A stretch of 64,000 nt of DNA, from contig OZ241869.1 in NCBI GenBank assembly GCA_965202805.1, positions 288,001-352,000 on the forward strand. Reading direction: 5' to 3'. Below, one piece after another: positions 49,490 through 58,280 of the stretch; within the stretch, counting starts at the first letter, position 1; the number at the start of each line of letters is the position of its first letter. Source of the DNA: Longimicrobiales bacterium (GTDB lineage: Bacteria > Gemmatimonadota > Gemmatimonadetes > Longimicrobiales > Gaopeijiaceae). The notes under the pieces were generated by a model. That model was not told the DNA's origin. It saw nothing but the letters and a program-made list of their open reading frames with translations, and did not search any database. The position numbers and the translations under genes were made by a program.

Positions 49490-50378
49490 CGGCCTGGCGA
49501 CCGCTGCGGGAGCGCTGGGGGCTCTGCTGCTCCTCGCCTGCGTGCGTCAGGTGAATGCCCAACAGCGGGAGCCGGGTACGGTGTTCCGGGACTGCGAAGC
49601 CTGTCCCGAGATGGTCGTGGTGCCGCCGGGGAGCTTCATGATGGGATCGCCCCGGACGCCGCGGGGCATGTACCTCGACGAGGGCCCACGCCACGAGGCG
49701 ACGATCGGGTATCCTCTTGCCGTCGGTGTCTTCGAGGTGACCTTCGCCGAATGGGATGCCTGCGTGCGCGGGGGCGGCTGCTTGGGCTACCGGCCCGACG
49801 ACCAGGGCCTGGGCCGCGGAAGGCGACCCGTCATCAACGTCTCCTGGGAGGACGCGACAAGCTATGTCGCGTGGCTGTCGGAGCAGACCGGCGAGGACTA
49901 CCGGTTGCCGAGCGAGGCGGAATGGGAGTTCGCGGCGCGTGCCGGGACGGAGACGGCGTGGTACTGGGGAGAGGATCCGACGGAACAGTGCCGTTACGCC
50001 AACGGATTTGACCGCGACCTTGCCGAAGAACTCAGGGCGGAGGAGGTCAGGATCGGGGTTGTGCCCGCGTCCTGTGCCGACGGATACGACGGGGTGGCCC
50101 CCGTGGGTTCGTTCGAGCCGAACGGGTTCGGACTCCATGACGTGGCGGGCAACGTGTGGGAGTGGACGAACGACTGCTGGAACGAGAGCTATGCGGGGGC
50201 CCCGGCCGACGGAAGTGCCTGGACGAACGGCTACTGTGTCCCTCGGGTGGTGCGCGGCGGCTCCTGGAACTCCCCTGCCGGGCTCCTGCGATCGGCCTTC
50301 CGCGACGGAATACCGCGTCGGGATCGAGGGTTCAACGTCGGCTTCCGTGTCGCGCGGACCATGGGCTCAGCTCCCTGA
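49470..50378 (+). CDS. Secreted FGE-sulfatase (SUMF1-like) domain protein
   Basis: 'FRDCEACPEMVVVPPGSFMMG', 'RLPSEAEWEFAARAG', 'GNVWEW', 'RGGSW', 'GFRVAR'. Confidence 0.9.
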   Translation: MMIPARNGLATAAGALGALLLLACVRQVNAQQREPGTVFRDCEACPEMVVVPPGSFMMGSPRTPRGMYLDEGPRHEATIGYPLAVGVFEVTFAEWDACVRGGGCLGYRPDDQGLGRGRRPVINVSWEDATSYVAWLSEQTGEDYRLPSEAEWEFAARAGTETAWYWGEDPTEQCRYANGFDRDLAEELRAEEVRIGVVPASCADGYDGVAPVGSFEPNGFGLHDVAGNVWEWTNDCWNESYAGAPADGSAWTNGYCVPRVVRGGSWNSPAGLLRSAFRDGIPRRDRGFNVGFRVARTMGSAP

Positions 50379-50424
50379 AGTCCACGGGTCGCGCCCGCGG
50401 CAGCGGCCCCGCCCCCGCCGGCCG

Positions 50425-51066
50425 TCAAGCCGGATCGGCCGGTTCCCCCGTGTAGAACGCGATGGTGCGCCGTGCCGCGGCCTGGGCTGCAGCGGGATTC
50501 GCCTCGGCTTCGATTGCCGCCCGCGCCCACCCTTCGCCGCTGCCCCGGATGAACGCCCTGCCGTCCCGCGACGCCGCAAAGGCCAACTCATCCGGCTTCG
50601 GCGCGTCGGGTTGCTCGAGGTGGAACGCGAGTCCCAGAAGGCCCAACTCCCAGCCGACGCCGGTCGCCCCCGGCCCGTACCGGCTCCAGTGTTCCGACAA
50701 CCGCTGTGTGTGCGTCAACCTGAGCCGCGCGCGGCCCGCTCCACCCTGCGAGAAGCCTGCCTCCACCCAGCTCACGTCCCCGCCGAACTCCCATGTGAGC
50801 GCGAAGTGCCACGGCCGTCCGCAGGCCGTGATCACGCCACCCGCGTTGCCTTCCAGCTGATATCGGCCGCCGGGCTTGAGGTCGCCGCTGACCGGCAGGA
50901 ACCATCGTGGGAGCCGCTCGCTGCCGGTTACGGCGTCCCACAGATCCTCCAGGGATGTCGCGTAGGTGCGAGACAGGAGGACCGCGCGAGCGGGCTGCCC
51001 ATCACGCTCCAGCACCGACACCGAGCGCTCCGTGGCGCCCAGGTGTTCCGCGACGTCGAAGTTCAT
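50425..51066 (-). CDS. SRPBCC/AHA1-like protein
   Basis: 'DLWDAVT..ERLPRWFLPVSGDL', 'GPGATGVGWEL'. Confidence 0.85.
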   Translation of the reverse strand: MNFDVAEHLGATERSVSVLERDGQPARAVLLSRTYATSLEDLWDAVTGSERLPRWFLPVSGDLKPGGRYQLEGNAGGVITACGRPWHFALTWEFGGDVSWVEAGFSQGGAGRARLRLTHTQRLSEHWSRYGPGATGVGWELGLLGLAFHLEQPDAPKPDELAFAASRDGRAFIRGSGEGWARAAIEAEANPAAAQAAARRTIAFYTGEPADPA

Positions 51067-51087
51067 GGCTTCTTCCTCCTGCTCCGG

Positions 51088-51333
51088 TCAGCCATCGTTT
51101 GCGGCCCGGTGAAGTCTGGTTTCGCGCACCGCGATGGCCAGCGCTTCTTCATCCCCCAAACCGGCACTGGAACGCGCCCGGGCGACGATTTCGCGCGCGG
51201 AGTTGGAGGGGAGTATACCCCCGAATTCGAGGCTTTCTTCGATGATCGTGCTCATGGAGCGTCCCTGCCGAGCCGCGGCGTCCTTCAAGGCTTGATGCGC
51301 CCGGTCCGTCAGGTTGATCGTGAGGCGTGGCAT
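51088..51333 (-). CDS. Ribbon-helix-helix (CopG/antitoxin-like) protein
   Basis: 81 aa; 'RLTINLTDRAHQALKDAAARQGRSMSTIIEESL' RHH pattern. Confidence 0.75.
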   Translation of the reverse strand: MPRLTINLTDRAHQALKDAAARQGRSMSTIIEESLEFGGILPSNSAREIVARARSSAGLGDEEALAIAVRETRLHRAANDG

Positions 51334-51434
51334 GGCAGGTGTCTCCGAGTTTGTCTCCCGTCGGCCCGGACGATATCATCCCGTATGCCGCATACACCGG
51401 TAAACAAGAGTTTCTCCAACCCACGGGTCCCCGC

Positions 51435-53225
51435 ATGGTTCACCGCCCTCGCCTGACCCGCGCAGGCCTGTTCGCGGGGATGTTCCTCGCCGCGGGCGCA
51501 TTCGTCGCCTCCGGGGCCGCTGCCCAAAGCGACGAAGGCTTCCCCATCGAGCACGAGACCATCCGTGCCCGGTGCGCGGCGTGCCACCTCCCGGATTCAG
51601 AGGGCCGCATGTCGCGCATCTCCTGGGAGCGCAAGACGCCCGAGGGATGGCAGACTTCCCTCCAGCGCATGATCGCGCTCAACGGCGTCACGCTGGCGCC
51701 CGAGGAAGCGCGCGAGATCGTCAAGTACCTCTCGGACACTCAGGGGCTGGCGCCCGAGGAGCTGCGTCCGGGCCTCTTCGAGGTCGAGAAGCGGATGATC
51801 GACCACCGCTACCTGGCGGACACCGAAGTGGAGTTCACCTGCATACAATGCCATTCGATGGGGCGGGTGATCACCCAGCGGCGCACGCGCGAGGAGTGGG
51901 ATCTGCTCATGGCGACCCACCGCGGCTACTATCCGCTGACGGACTTCCAGGCGTTCCTGCGGATGGGGCCCGCGCCCGCCGAGGCCGGTCCGGATGGCGA
52001 GCCGCCCGACACGCGCCAGCCCATGGAGCGCGCCGTCGACCACCTCTCCGAGGCCTTCCCCCTTCACACCGCCGAGTGGGCGGCATGGTCGGCCACCATG
52101 CGCTCGCCCCGCCTGGAGGGCACCTGGGTTCTCTCCGGCCACCAGCCCGGCCGTGGCGCGGCTTTCGGCACGGTAACCATGGGGTCGGCCGGGACGGATG
52201 AGTTCGTCACCCGGGCCAGCTACGCCTTCCCGGCGACCGGAGAGAGCGTCACCCGCCGGGGCCGCGGGCTGGTGTATACCGGCTACCAGTGGCGTGGGCG
52301 CTCCTTCGAGTCCGACGAGGCCGACGGCGCGGTGCGCGAGGTGATGCTCGTCGAGCGTGGAGTGAACGAGATCACCGGGCGCTGGTTCCGGGGCGACTAC
52401 GACGAGATCGGGATGGATGTGCGCCTGACCCGCGCGGCCGGCTCCGCGGTGGTCGCGGGGGTGCATCCCCGGGCCATTCAGCTCGGCGGCGGCGAGCGCG
52501 AGGTGCGCGTCTTCGGAGCGGGCTTCAACGGTAGTTTCGGGCCCGGGGATATCGACCTCGGCCCCGGGCTTACGGTCAACCGGGTGGTCAGCGCCTCCTC
52601 GGAAGAGATCGCCCTCAACGTGACCGTGGCCCCCGACGCGGTCCCCGGCGGCCGCGACGTCTTCGTGCGCGATGCGAGCCTGGCACAGGCGGTGGTGGTC
52701 CACGACGGCATCGACCGCATCCAGGTGCTGCCGCGCACCGGCATGGCCCGCGTGGGCGGAATCGTCTTCCCGAAGGGGTACCAGCAGTTCGAGGCGGTCG
52801 CCTTCGACGACGGGCCCGACGGGCGGCCGAGTACCGACGACGACCTGGAGCTCGGGCCGGTCGCGGTCGACTGGAGCCTCGAGGAATACGCGGCCACCTT
52901 CGACGACAACGACATCCAGTTCGTCGGACACATCGACCGGACCGGGCTGTTCGTGCCGGCGGTCGACGGCCCCAACCCCGACCGGGACCGCAACCGGAAC
53001 AACGTCGGCGACGTATGGGTGGTGGCGACGCTGGCGCAGGACGACAACGGTGACCGTCCGCTGCGAGCCCGCGCCCACCTGGTCGTGACCGTCCCGCTCT
53101 ACCTCCGTTTCGACGCGGGGGCAAGTGTAAGCACGGGAGCCAGCCCGGAACCGGCGGCAAGCCCGAGCGGGCGTGGAAACCGAACCCCGGGACCGGGTCC
53201 CGGAATGGGAGGCAGCCCGAAATGA
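51435..53225 (+). CDS. qhpA: Quinohemoprotein amine dehydrogenase alpha subunit (diheme c)
   Basis: Signal peptide, CAACH and CIQCH heme motifs, 'SRISWERKTPEGW', 'VKYLSDTQGLAPEE', 'GPNPDR...NNVG', 'HLVVTVP'. Confidence 0.93.
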   Translation: MVHRPRLTRAGLFAGMFLAAGAFVASGAAAQSDEGFPIEHETIRARCAACHLPDSEGRMSRISWERKTPEGWQTSLQRMIALNGVTLAPEEAREIVKYLSDTQGLAPEELRPGLFEVEKRMIDHRYLADTEVEFTCIQCHSMGRVITQRRTREEWDLLMATHRGYYPLTDFQAFLRMGPAPAEAGPDGEPPDTRQPMERAVDHLSEAFPLHTAEWAAWSATMRSPRLEGTWVLSGHQPGRGAAFGTVTMGSAGTDEFVTRASYAFPATGESVTRRGRGLVYTGYQWRGRSFESDEADGAVREVMLVERGVNEITGRWFRGDYDEIGMDVRLTRAAGSAVVAGVHPRAIQLGGGEREVRVFGAGFNGSFGPGDIDLGPGLTVNRVVSASSEEIALNVTVAPDAVPGGRDVFVRDASLAQAVVVHDGIDRIQVLPRTGMARVGGIVFPKGYQQFEAVAFDDGPDGRPSTDDDLELGPVAVDWSLEEYAATFDDNDIQFVGHIDRTGLFVPAVDGPNPDRDRNRNNVGDVWVVATLAQDDNGDRPLRARAHLVVTVPLYLRFDAGASVSTGASPEPAASPSGRGNRTPGPGPGMGGSPK

Positions 53226-54664
53226 GCACAGTGGCCACCGCCCCGGACATCCTCACCCTCGGGGAGTTCCACTCCTTCCAGGCGGAGGGCTCGACCTTCC
53301 TCTACCTGGTCCCGAGCGCGGCCATCTTCCGCCTCGACGCGGCCTCGCTGGCGATGCTGGAGGCGCTCGAGAAGGCAAACCACACGCGCGCGGAGCTGGT
53401 GCAGCGGCTGGAGAGCCGTTTTCCGGCGGAGGAGGTTGCCAACCGCATCGACGAACTGCTCGGCGTGCGCGCCGTCGGCCTTCTCGGCAAGCCGGCCCCG
53501 GCCCCTCCCGACATGCTGCCGCCCAAGGGCTTCCCGCTGACCACGATGGTCCTGAACGTCACCAGCAAGTGCAACCTGGCCTGCACCTACTGCTACGAGT
53601 ACGGCGACGACCGCATCGTCGAGGCCGACTCCAAGCCCCGCTACATGGACCTCGAGACCGCCCGCGAGAGCGTCGACTTCATGTTCGAGCAGGGCGGCTC
53701 CAACCGCCTGGTGCACCTCACCTTCTTCGGCGGCGAGACCCTCCTCAACTTCAAGCTGCTCAAGAAAACCGCGGCATACGCCCGTCAGCGCGCCCGCGAA
53801 GTGGGGAAGGAGGTCGACTTCAGCCTCACCACCAACGCGACCCTGCTCAAACCGGAGATCGTGGACTGGCTGGCCGAAAACCGGGTGGGCGTGACCGTTT
53901 CCATCGACGGGCCGCGCGAGGTGCAGGACGGGCTGCGCGTCTTCTCCAACGGCATGGGCAGCTACGACATCATCCTGCCGAAGATCAAGGATCTGCTCGC
54001 CCGCCACCGCACCCGCCCCATCGGCGCGCGCGTGACCCTCACCAGCAAGAACCTGGACGTGAAGCAGATCTTCACGCACCTGACCGAGGAGATCGGCTTC
54101 TGGGAGGTGGGCTTCGCCCCGGTGACCAGCTCGTCGTGCCGTGACTTCTCCATCTCCGACGCCGGCTACGACCACATGCTGGGCCAGTTCGAGGAGCTCG
54201 CCTGGGATTTCTTCGAGGCCGCCTGCGCGGAGCAGCACCACGGTTTCTCCAACGTGAAGGACACCCTGGAGGAGATCCACAAGGGCGTGAGCAAGGCGTA
54301 CCCGTGCGGCGCCGGCCTGGGGCTCATGGGCGTGGCGACCGACGGCGACGTGGCGCTCTGCCATCGCTTTGCGGGATCCGACGAGCACAAGATCGGGTCG
54401 GTGTCGGAAGGCGTCGACGTCGACGTGCAGTACGACTACCTGAAGAAGCACCACATCAACAGCAAGACCGACTGCCACACCTGCTGGGCCCGCCCCATCT
54501 GCGCCGGCGGGTGCTATCACGAGGCCCACACCCGCTACGGCACCACGTCAACCCCGAACCTGCACTTCTGCGAGTGGGTTCGCAGCTGGACCGATACCTG
54601 TCTTCGAGTTTACGGAGCCATCTCGGAGCGCAACCCGGCATTCCTGGCGCGGTTCGACGCCTGA
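53222..54664 (+). CDS. qhpD: QHNDH maturation radical SAM/SPASM enzyme (Cys-Asp/Glu thioether formation)
   Basis: CNLACTYC, 'FFGGETLLN', SPASM 'YPCGAG...LCHRF...CHTCWARPICAGGCYHEA...HFC'. Located between qhpA and qhpC. Confidence 0.95.
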   Translation: MSTVATAPDILTLGEFHSFQAEGSTFLYLVPSAAIFRLDAASLAMLEALEKANHTRAELVQRLESRFPAEEVANRIDELLGVRAVGLLGKPAPAPPDMLPPKGFPLTTMVLNVTSKCNLACTYCYEYGDDRIVEADSKPRYMDLETARESVDFMFEQGGSNRLVHLTFFGGETLLNFKLLKKTAAYARQRAREVGKEVDFSLTTNATLLKPEIVDWLAENRVGVTVSIDGPREVQDGLRVFSNGMGSYDIILPKIKDLLARHRTRPIGARVTLTSKNLDVKQIFTHLTEEIGFWEVGFAPVTSSSCRDFSISDAGYDHMLGQFEELAWDFFEAACAEQHHGFSNVKDTLEEIHKGVSKAYPCGAGLGLMGVATDGDVALCHRFAGSDEHKIGSVSEGVDVDVQYDYLKKHHINSKTDCHTCWARPICAGGCYHEAHTRYGTTSTPNLHFCEWVRSWTDTCLRVYGAISERNPAFLARFDA

Positions 54665-54707
54665 GCCGGATCATCCATCGCGACCGAGTCAACGAGGAGA
54701 GAGACCC

Positions 54708-55124
54708 TTGGCACTGAAACCGATCAACCGCAAAGCCGACCGGATGGTGACCTGGCTGGAGCACCAGGGCGCCGTGCCTCCGGTCGAGCAGATGGCCGGG
54801 CCCGTGGATCCCGCGGGCGCGAACGCGGGCGCCGATGAGAGCGCGGAGGACGTGGTGGCGCTCGGGGGGCGTCTCCCCGAAATCCCCGAGATCCCGCACA
54901 TCCCGCTGGGGTGCTCGCTGGTCTTCGCCCCGGGCTGGGAGGTCGACGAGGCGGGCGGCACCGCGGGGCTCTGCCAGCCGGTGGAGCGCGACCTCTTCGA
55001 CTGCCACCTGGCGTGCTTCTGGCCCGCCCACGTCCCGGACCAGCTGAACCACAGCCCGGACTGGACCGGCAAGTGCGCGGCGGCGCAGAACGACTGGCGC
55101 AAGCTGGAGATGATCTTCCCGTAG
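54708..55124 (+). CDS. qhpC: QHNDH gamma subunit precursor (CTQ-bearing peptide)
   Basis: TTG start after GAGGAG. Leader motifs 'LKPINRKA' and 'EDVVAL'. Core GC-x8-E (PGWE), LCQP..D, C-x3-C-F-W-P, 'DWRKL..IFP'. Confidence 0.93.
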   Translation: MALKPINRKADRMVTWLEHQGAVPPVEQMAGPVDPAGANAGADESAEDVVALGGRLPEIPEIPHIPLGCSLVFAPGWEVDEAGGTAGLCQPVERDLFDCHLACFWPAHVPDQLNHSPDWTGKCAAAQNDWRKLEMIFP

Positions 55125-55213
55125 GCCGGACGCGCGCCCCGGGCCCCGCGGGCCTGCGCCGGCGTCATGCGTTGCCACGGGACCCGGGTACACACCCTTC
55201 CATCATCGAAAAC

Positions 55214-55251
55214 CTGACAAAATGGCAGACATGTCTGACAAAATGGCAGAC
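55214..55251. repeat. Direct repeat CTGACAAAATGGCAGAC x2 (21-nt period) at the qhpB start
   Basis: Exact copies at 55214-55230 and 55235-55251, producing MADMSDK-MADL. Confidence 0.85.
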
Positions 55252-56418
55252 TTGACCGGCAAAAGGCCTCGCCGGCCGGCAATCGCCACGCTCGTCGTAT
55301 TGCCGCTCGCAATTGCCCTGATCGCCGGAGCCGCCTCATCCGCGGTCGCGCAGGAGGTCCGCTCCGGGGGCAACGGCACCATCTACATGGGGGCGTACAA
55401 CAACTCCGTCTACGTGATCGACGAAGCAACGCTGGAGGTGACGCGGCGCATTACGACCACCACCGGCATCCCGAACCGCTTCGACCTCGCCCCGGACAAC
55501 GAAACCCTCTACGTGCGCGACGCGGCGATGGAGCACGTCGAGGTGGTCGACCTCGTGGAAGGGCGCTCGGTCGACTCCTTCACGCTGAGCGAGGGCAACA
55601 CCAGGGTGCGCATCCGCACGATGGCGGTGGATCCCGGCGAGGAGTACATCCTGCTCGCGGTGCGCAGCTACACCAAGCTGCTCGACCGCTTCGAGATCAG
55701 CGACTTCGAGCTGGTGCGCGTCGACCTGGACTCGCACGAGGTGACCGACACCGTCCCGCTGCCCTTCGACGAGCAGCGGCAGGGCGTCAACCTCATGTTC
55801 TCCCCGGATGGCGAACTCCTCTACTTCTTCGGCCGCGACATCATCGCCGTGGAGACGGAGAACTTCACCGAGGTCGATCGCTGGGAGCTGTCGCGTCCCC
55901 TCGAGGAGGGACTCGGGCGCATCAACCTGAACTTCCAGCGCAGTCCCTTCGACGAGGAAGGCATCTTCACCGACCTGTTCCGCATGACGGACCCGGTGCA
56001 GGGCCGGCGCATGATGGGCATCGCACGGGTGGACCTGGCGGCGCAGGATGTGGACTTCTACACCCTCGGCCCGAGCGAGCCGGTCAGCTTCCAACTGGCC
56101 CCGGGCGGGCGCAAGGGGTACGGCCTCCGCTCGGAGATCGGGTTCTACGAGTTCTGGACCTTCGATCTGGAGGGGCGCCGGGTCGAGAGCCGGGTGGAGT
56201 TCCCCGGACGCCCGCGGATGGCGCTCCAGCCGAGCTCAAACGGCGAACTGCTCTACATCTACAACGCGGGCAACACCATCGACGTCTACGACGCCGAGAC
56301 GCACGAGCTGCTGCGCACGGTGTGGCTGGACGCCGACATGACGCGCTTCATCCTGGTGCCGGGGATGGCGGCCGCGGACGACTCCGGCGCGTCCGGGAAC
56401 GGCGCCGGCGGGTCGTAG
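55222..56418 (+). CDS. qhpB: QHNDH beta subunit (beta-propeller), divergent
   Basis: Signal peptide ending 'AVA-Q', propeller blades 'NSVYVIDEAT', 'FSPDGELLYF', 'IDVYDAET'. Positioned after qhpC. Confidence 0.75.
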   Translation: MADMSDKMADLTGKRPRRPAIATLVVLPLAIALIAGAASSAVAQEVRSGGNGTIYMGAYNNSVYVIDEATLEVTRRITTTTGIPNRFDLAPDNETLYVRDAAMEHVEVVDLVEGRSVDSFTLSEGNTRVRIRTMAVDPGEEYILLAVRSYTKLLDRFEISDFELVRVDLDSHEVTDTVPLPFDEQRQGVNLMFSPDGELLYFFGRDIIAVETENFTEVDRWELSRPLEEGLGRINLNFQRSPFDEEGIFTDLFRMTDPVQGRRMMGIARVDLAAQDVDFYTLGPSEPVSFQLAPGGRKGYGLRSEIGFYEFWTFDLEGRRVESRVEFPGRPRMALQPSSNGELLYIYNAGNTIDVYDAETHELLRTVWLDADMTRFILVPGMAAADDSGASGNGAGGS

Positions 56419-56425
56419 GGAGCCT

Positions 56426-58246
56426 CTGTCGGCACCCCGCAAACGTCGGTCGGGACGTCTCACGTTCGGGTCTGCACCCGACGAGGCCCGGTCCGCGCCC
56501 GCTGAGGTCCGGTCCGGACGCTTCCTCGACCGCGAAATCCGCTGGGCGCTGGGGTTCGTCCGTCCCTACGCGAAGTGGCTGGTCCTGGTGCTGGGCCTGA
56601 GCCTGGCCGGCACCGCGCTCTCGCTCTACATCCCCTATCTCACCAGGGACCTGGTCGACACCGCCCTCCTCGGGCAGGACTCCGCCGCCCTCACCCGCAT
56701 CGTGGCGCTCTTCGCGGGCATCACTGCGGTGTCGTTCGGGTTCAACGTCGTCGCGGGGCTCCGCTACACGCGCACCTCGGCGGACATCCTCTTCGACATG
56801 CGGCTGGCGCTCTACCGGCACCTGCAGCGGCTCTCGCCCCGGTTCTACGCGCGCACGCCCGTGGGCGACATCATGTCGCGCATCAACAACGACATCGGCG
56901 AGATCCAGCGCATCGTCTCCGAGAGCCTGCTCGCGTGGCTGGGCAACATCGCGTACCTGCTCGGGACGGTGGGGATCCTGATCTGGCTGGACGCGCGGCT
57001 GTTCGCGGTGAGCCTGATCATGCTGCCGCCCTGTCTCTGGGCCCTGGTGCGCTACCGCCGGCGCCTGGAGAGCATCACCGCGGAGCTGCGCGAGCGGAGC
57101 GCGGAGATCGGCAGCTTCCTGATCGAGACCGTCCTCGGGCTCAAGCTGACGGTGGCCTCGAACGCGCAGCGGCGGGAGCAGAGGCGCTTTCGCGCGAAAA
57201 ACGACGCCTTCATCGAGAAGCTGATGTCGATGCGGCTGCTGACCTATCTCGCCGGGGGGCTGCCCGGGCTCATCCTCGCGGGTGGGGTGGCGATCATCTT
57301 CCTGTACGGAGGTCAGAGGGTGATCTCGGAGGCGATCACGATGGGGACGTTCGTCGCCTTCATGGCCTATCAGATGCGGCTCCTCGGGCCGATCCAGGGG
57401 CTGATGGGACTGTACGCGAGCCTAGCGACGGCGCGGGTCTCGCTGGGGCGCGTGCATGTGATTCTGGACACGCCGATCCAGGTGCGGGACCCGGAGCGGC
57501 CGGAGAGCGCGCAGGGGCTGGGCGGCGAGCTGCGGCTGGAGGGGGTGAGCTTCTCGTTCGGGCGAGGGGAGCCGGTGTTGGACGGGGTCGACCTGGTCGT
57601 GGGGGAGGGGGAGGTGGTGGCGGTCGTGGGCGCGAGCGGGAGCGGCAAGTCCACCATCGTGGACCTCTTGTCGCGGCAGCTCGACCCGGATGCCGGCCGG
57701 ATCCTCCTGGGCGGCCGCGACCTGCGTGCGCTCCGGCTGCGGGACGTGCGCGCGCGGGTGGTCGCGGTCGAGCAGGAGCCTTTCCTGTTCAACACCACCA
57801 TCGCGGAGAACATCCGCTACGGCCGGCCGGACGCGTCGGACGCGGAGGTGGAGGCTGCCGCGCGCGCGGTGGGGCTGGACGCCTTTCTCGCAACCTTGCC
57901 GGACGAGCTCGCCACCCGGGTCGGCGAGCAGGGGCGGGAGCTCTCGGCCGGGCAGCGCCAGCGGGTCGCGGTCGCGCGCGCCTTCCTGGCCGACCCGGCG
58001 GTACTGGTGCTCGACGAACCCACCTCGTCGCTCGACCCGGCCTCGGAGCGCGCGCTGATGGAGGGCTACCAGGTCGTGATGCGGGGCCGCACGACCATCC
58101 TGGTGTCCCATCGGCTCGCGCTCGCCCGGCGGGCCGACCGGGTGGTGGTGCTGGCGCGCGGCCGCATCGTGGAGGAGGGCACGGCCGCGGTACTGCTGGG
58201 CCGGGGCGGGACCTTCGCCCGGTTGTTCGGGAGGGAGGGGGGTTAG
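56426..58246 (+). CDS. qhpF: ABC exporter (TMD + NBD) for QhpC translocation
   Basis: 'GDIMSRINND', GASGSGKST, LSAGQRQR, DEPTSSLD. First canonical start is GTG 56588 inside TM1, but the frame is open upstream (FLDREIRWALGFVRPY). Start tentatively placed at CTG 56426. Confidence 0.8.
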   Translation: MSAPRKRRSGRLTFGSAPDEARSAPAEVRSGRFLDREIRWALGFVRPYAKWLVLVLGLSLAGTALSLYIPYLTRDLVDTALLGQDSAALTRIVALFAGITAVSFGFNVVAGLRYTRTSADILFDMRLALYRHLQRLSPRFYARTPVGDIMSRINNDIGEIQRIVSESLLAWLGNIAYLLGTVGILIWLDARLFAVSLIMLPPCLWALVRYRRRLESITAELRERSAEIGSFLIETVLGLKLTVASNAQRREQRRFRAKNDAFIEKLMSMRLLTYLAGGLPGLILAGGVAIIFLYGGQRVISEAITMGTFVAFMAYQMRLLGPIQGLMGLYASLATARVSLGRVHVILDTPIQVRDPERPESAQGLGGELRLEGVSFSFGRGEPVLDGVDLVVGEGEVVAVVGASGSGKSTIVDLLSRQLDPDAGRILLGGRDLRALRLRDVRARVVAVEQEPFLFNTTIAENIRYGRPDASDAEVEAAARAVGLDAFLATLPDELATRVGEQGRELSAGQRQRVAVARAFLADPAVLVLDEPTSSLDPASERALMEGYQVVMRGRTTILVSHRLALARRADRVVVLARGRIVEEGTAAVLLGRGGTFARLFGREGG

Positions 58247-58280
58247 TCCGCGGGAGCTTCTACGCCATATCATCGATCTC

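Noticed and set aside
49470..50378. DGR target (FGE/CLec fold)
   Set aside because: No reverse transcriptase or template-repeat copy of its 3' end was seen in the window.
53222..55124. Novel sactipeptide/ranthipeptide antibiotic cluster (rSAM + peptide + ABC + S8)
   Set aside because: The peptide reproduces QhpC residue spacing and is flanked by diheme alpha and propeller beta subunits, so it is an enzyme subunit.
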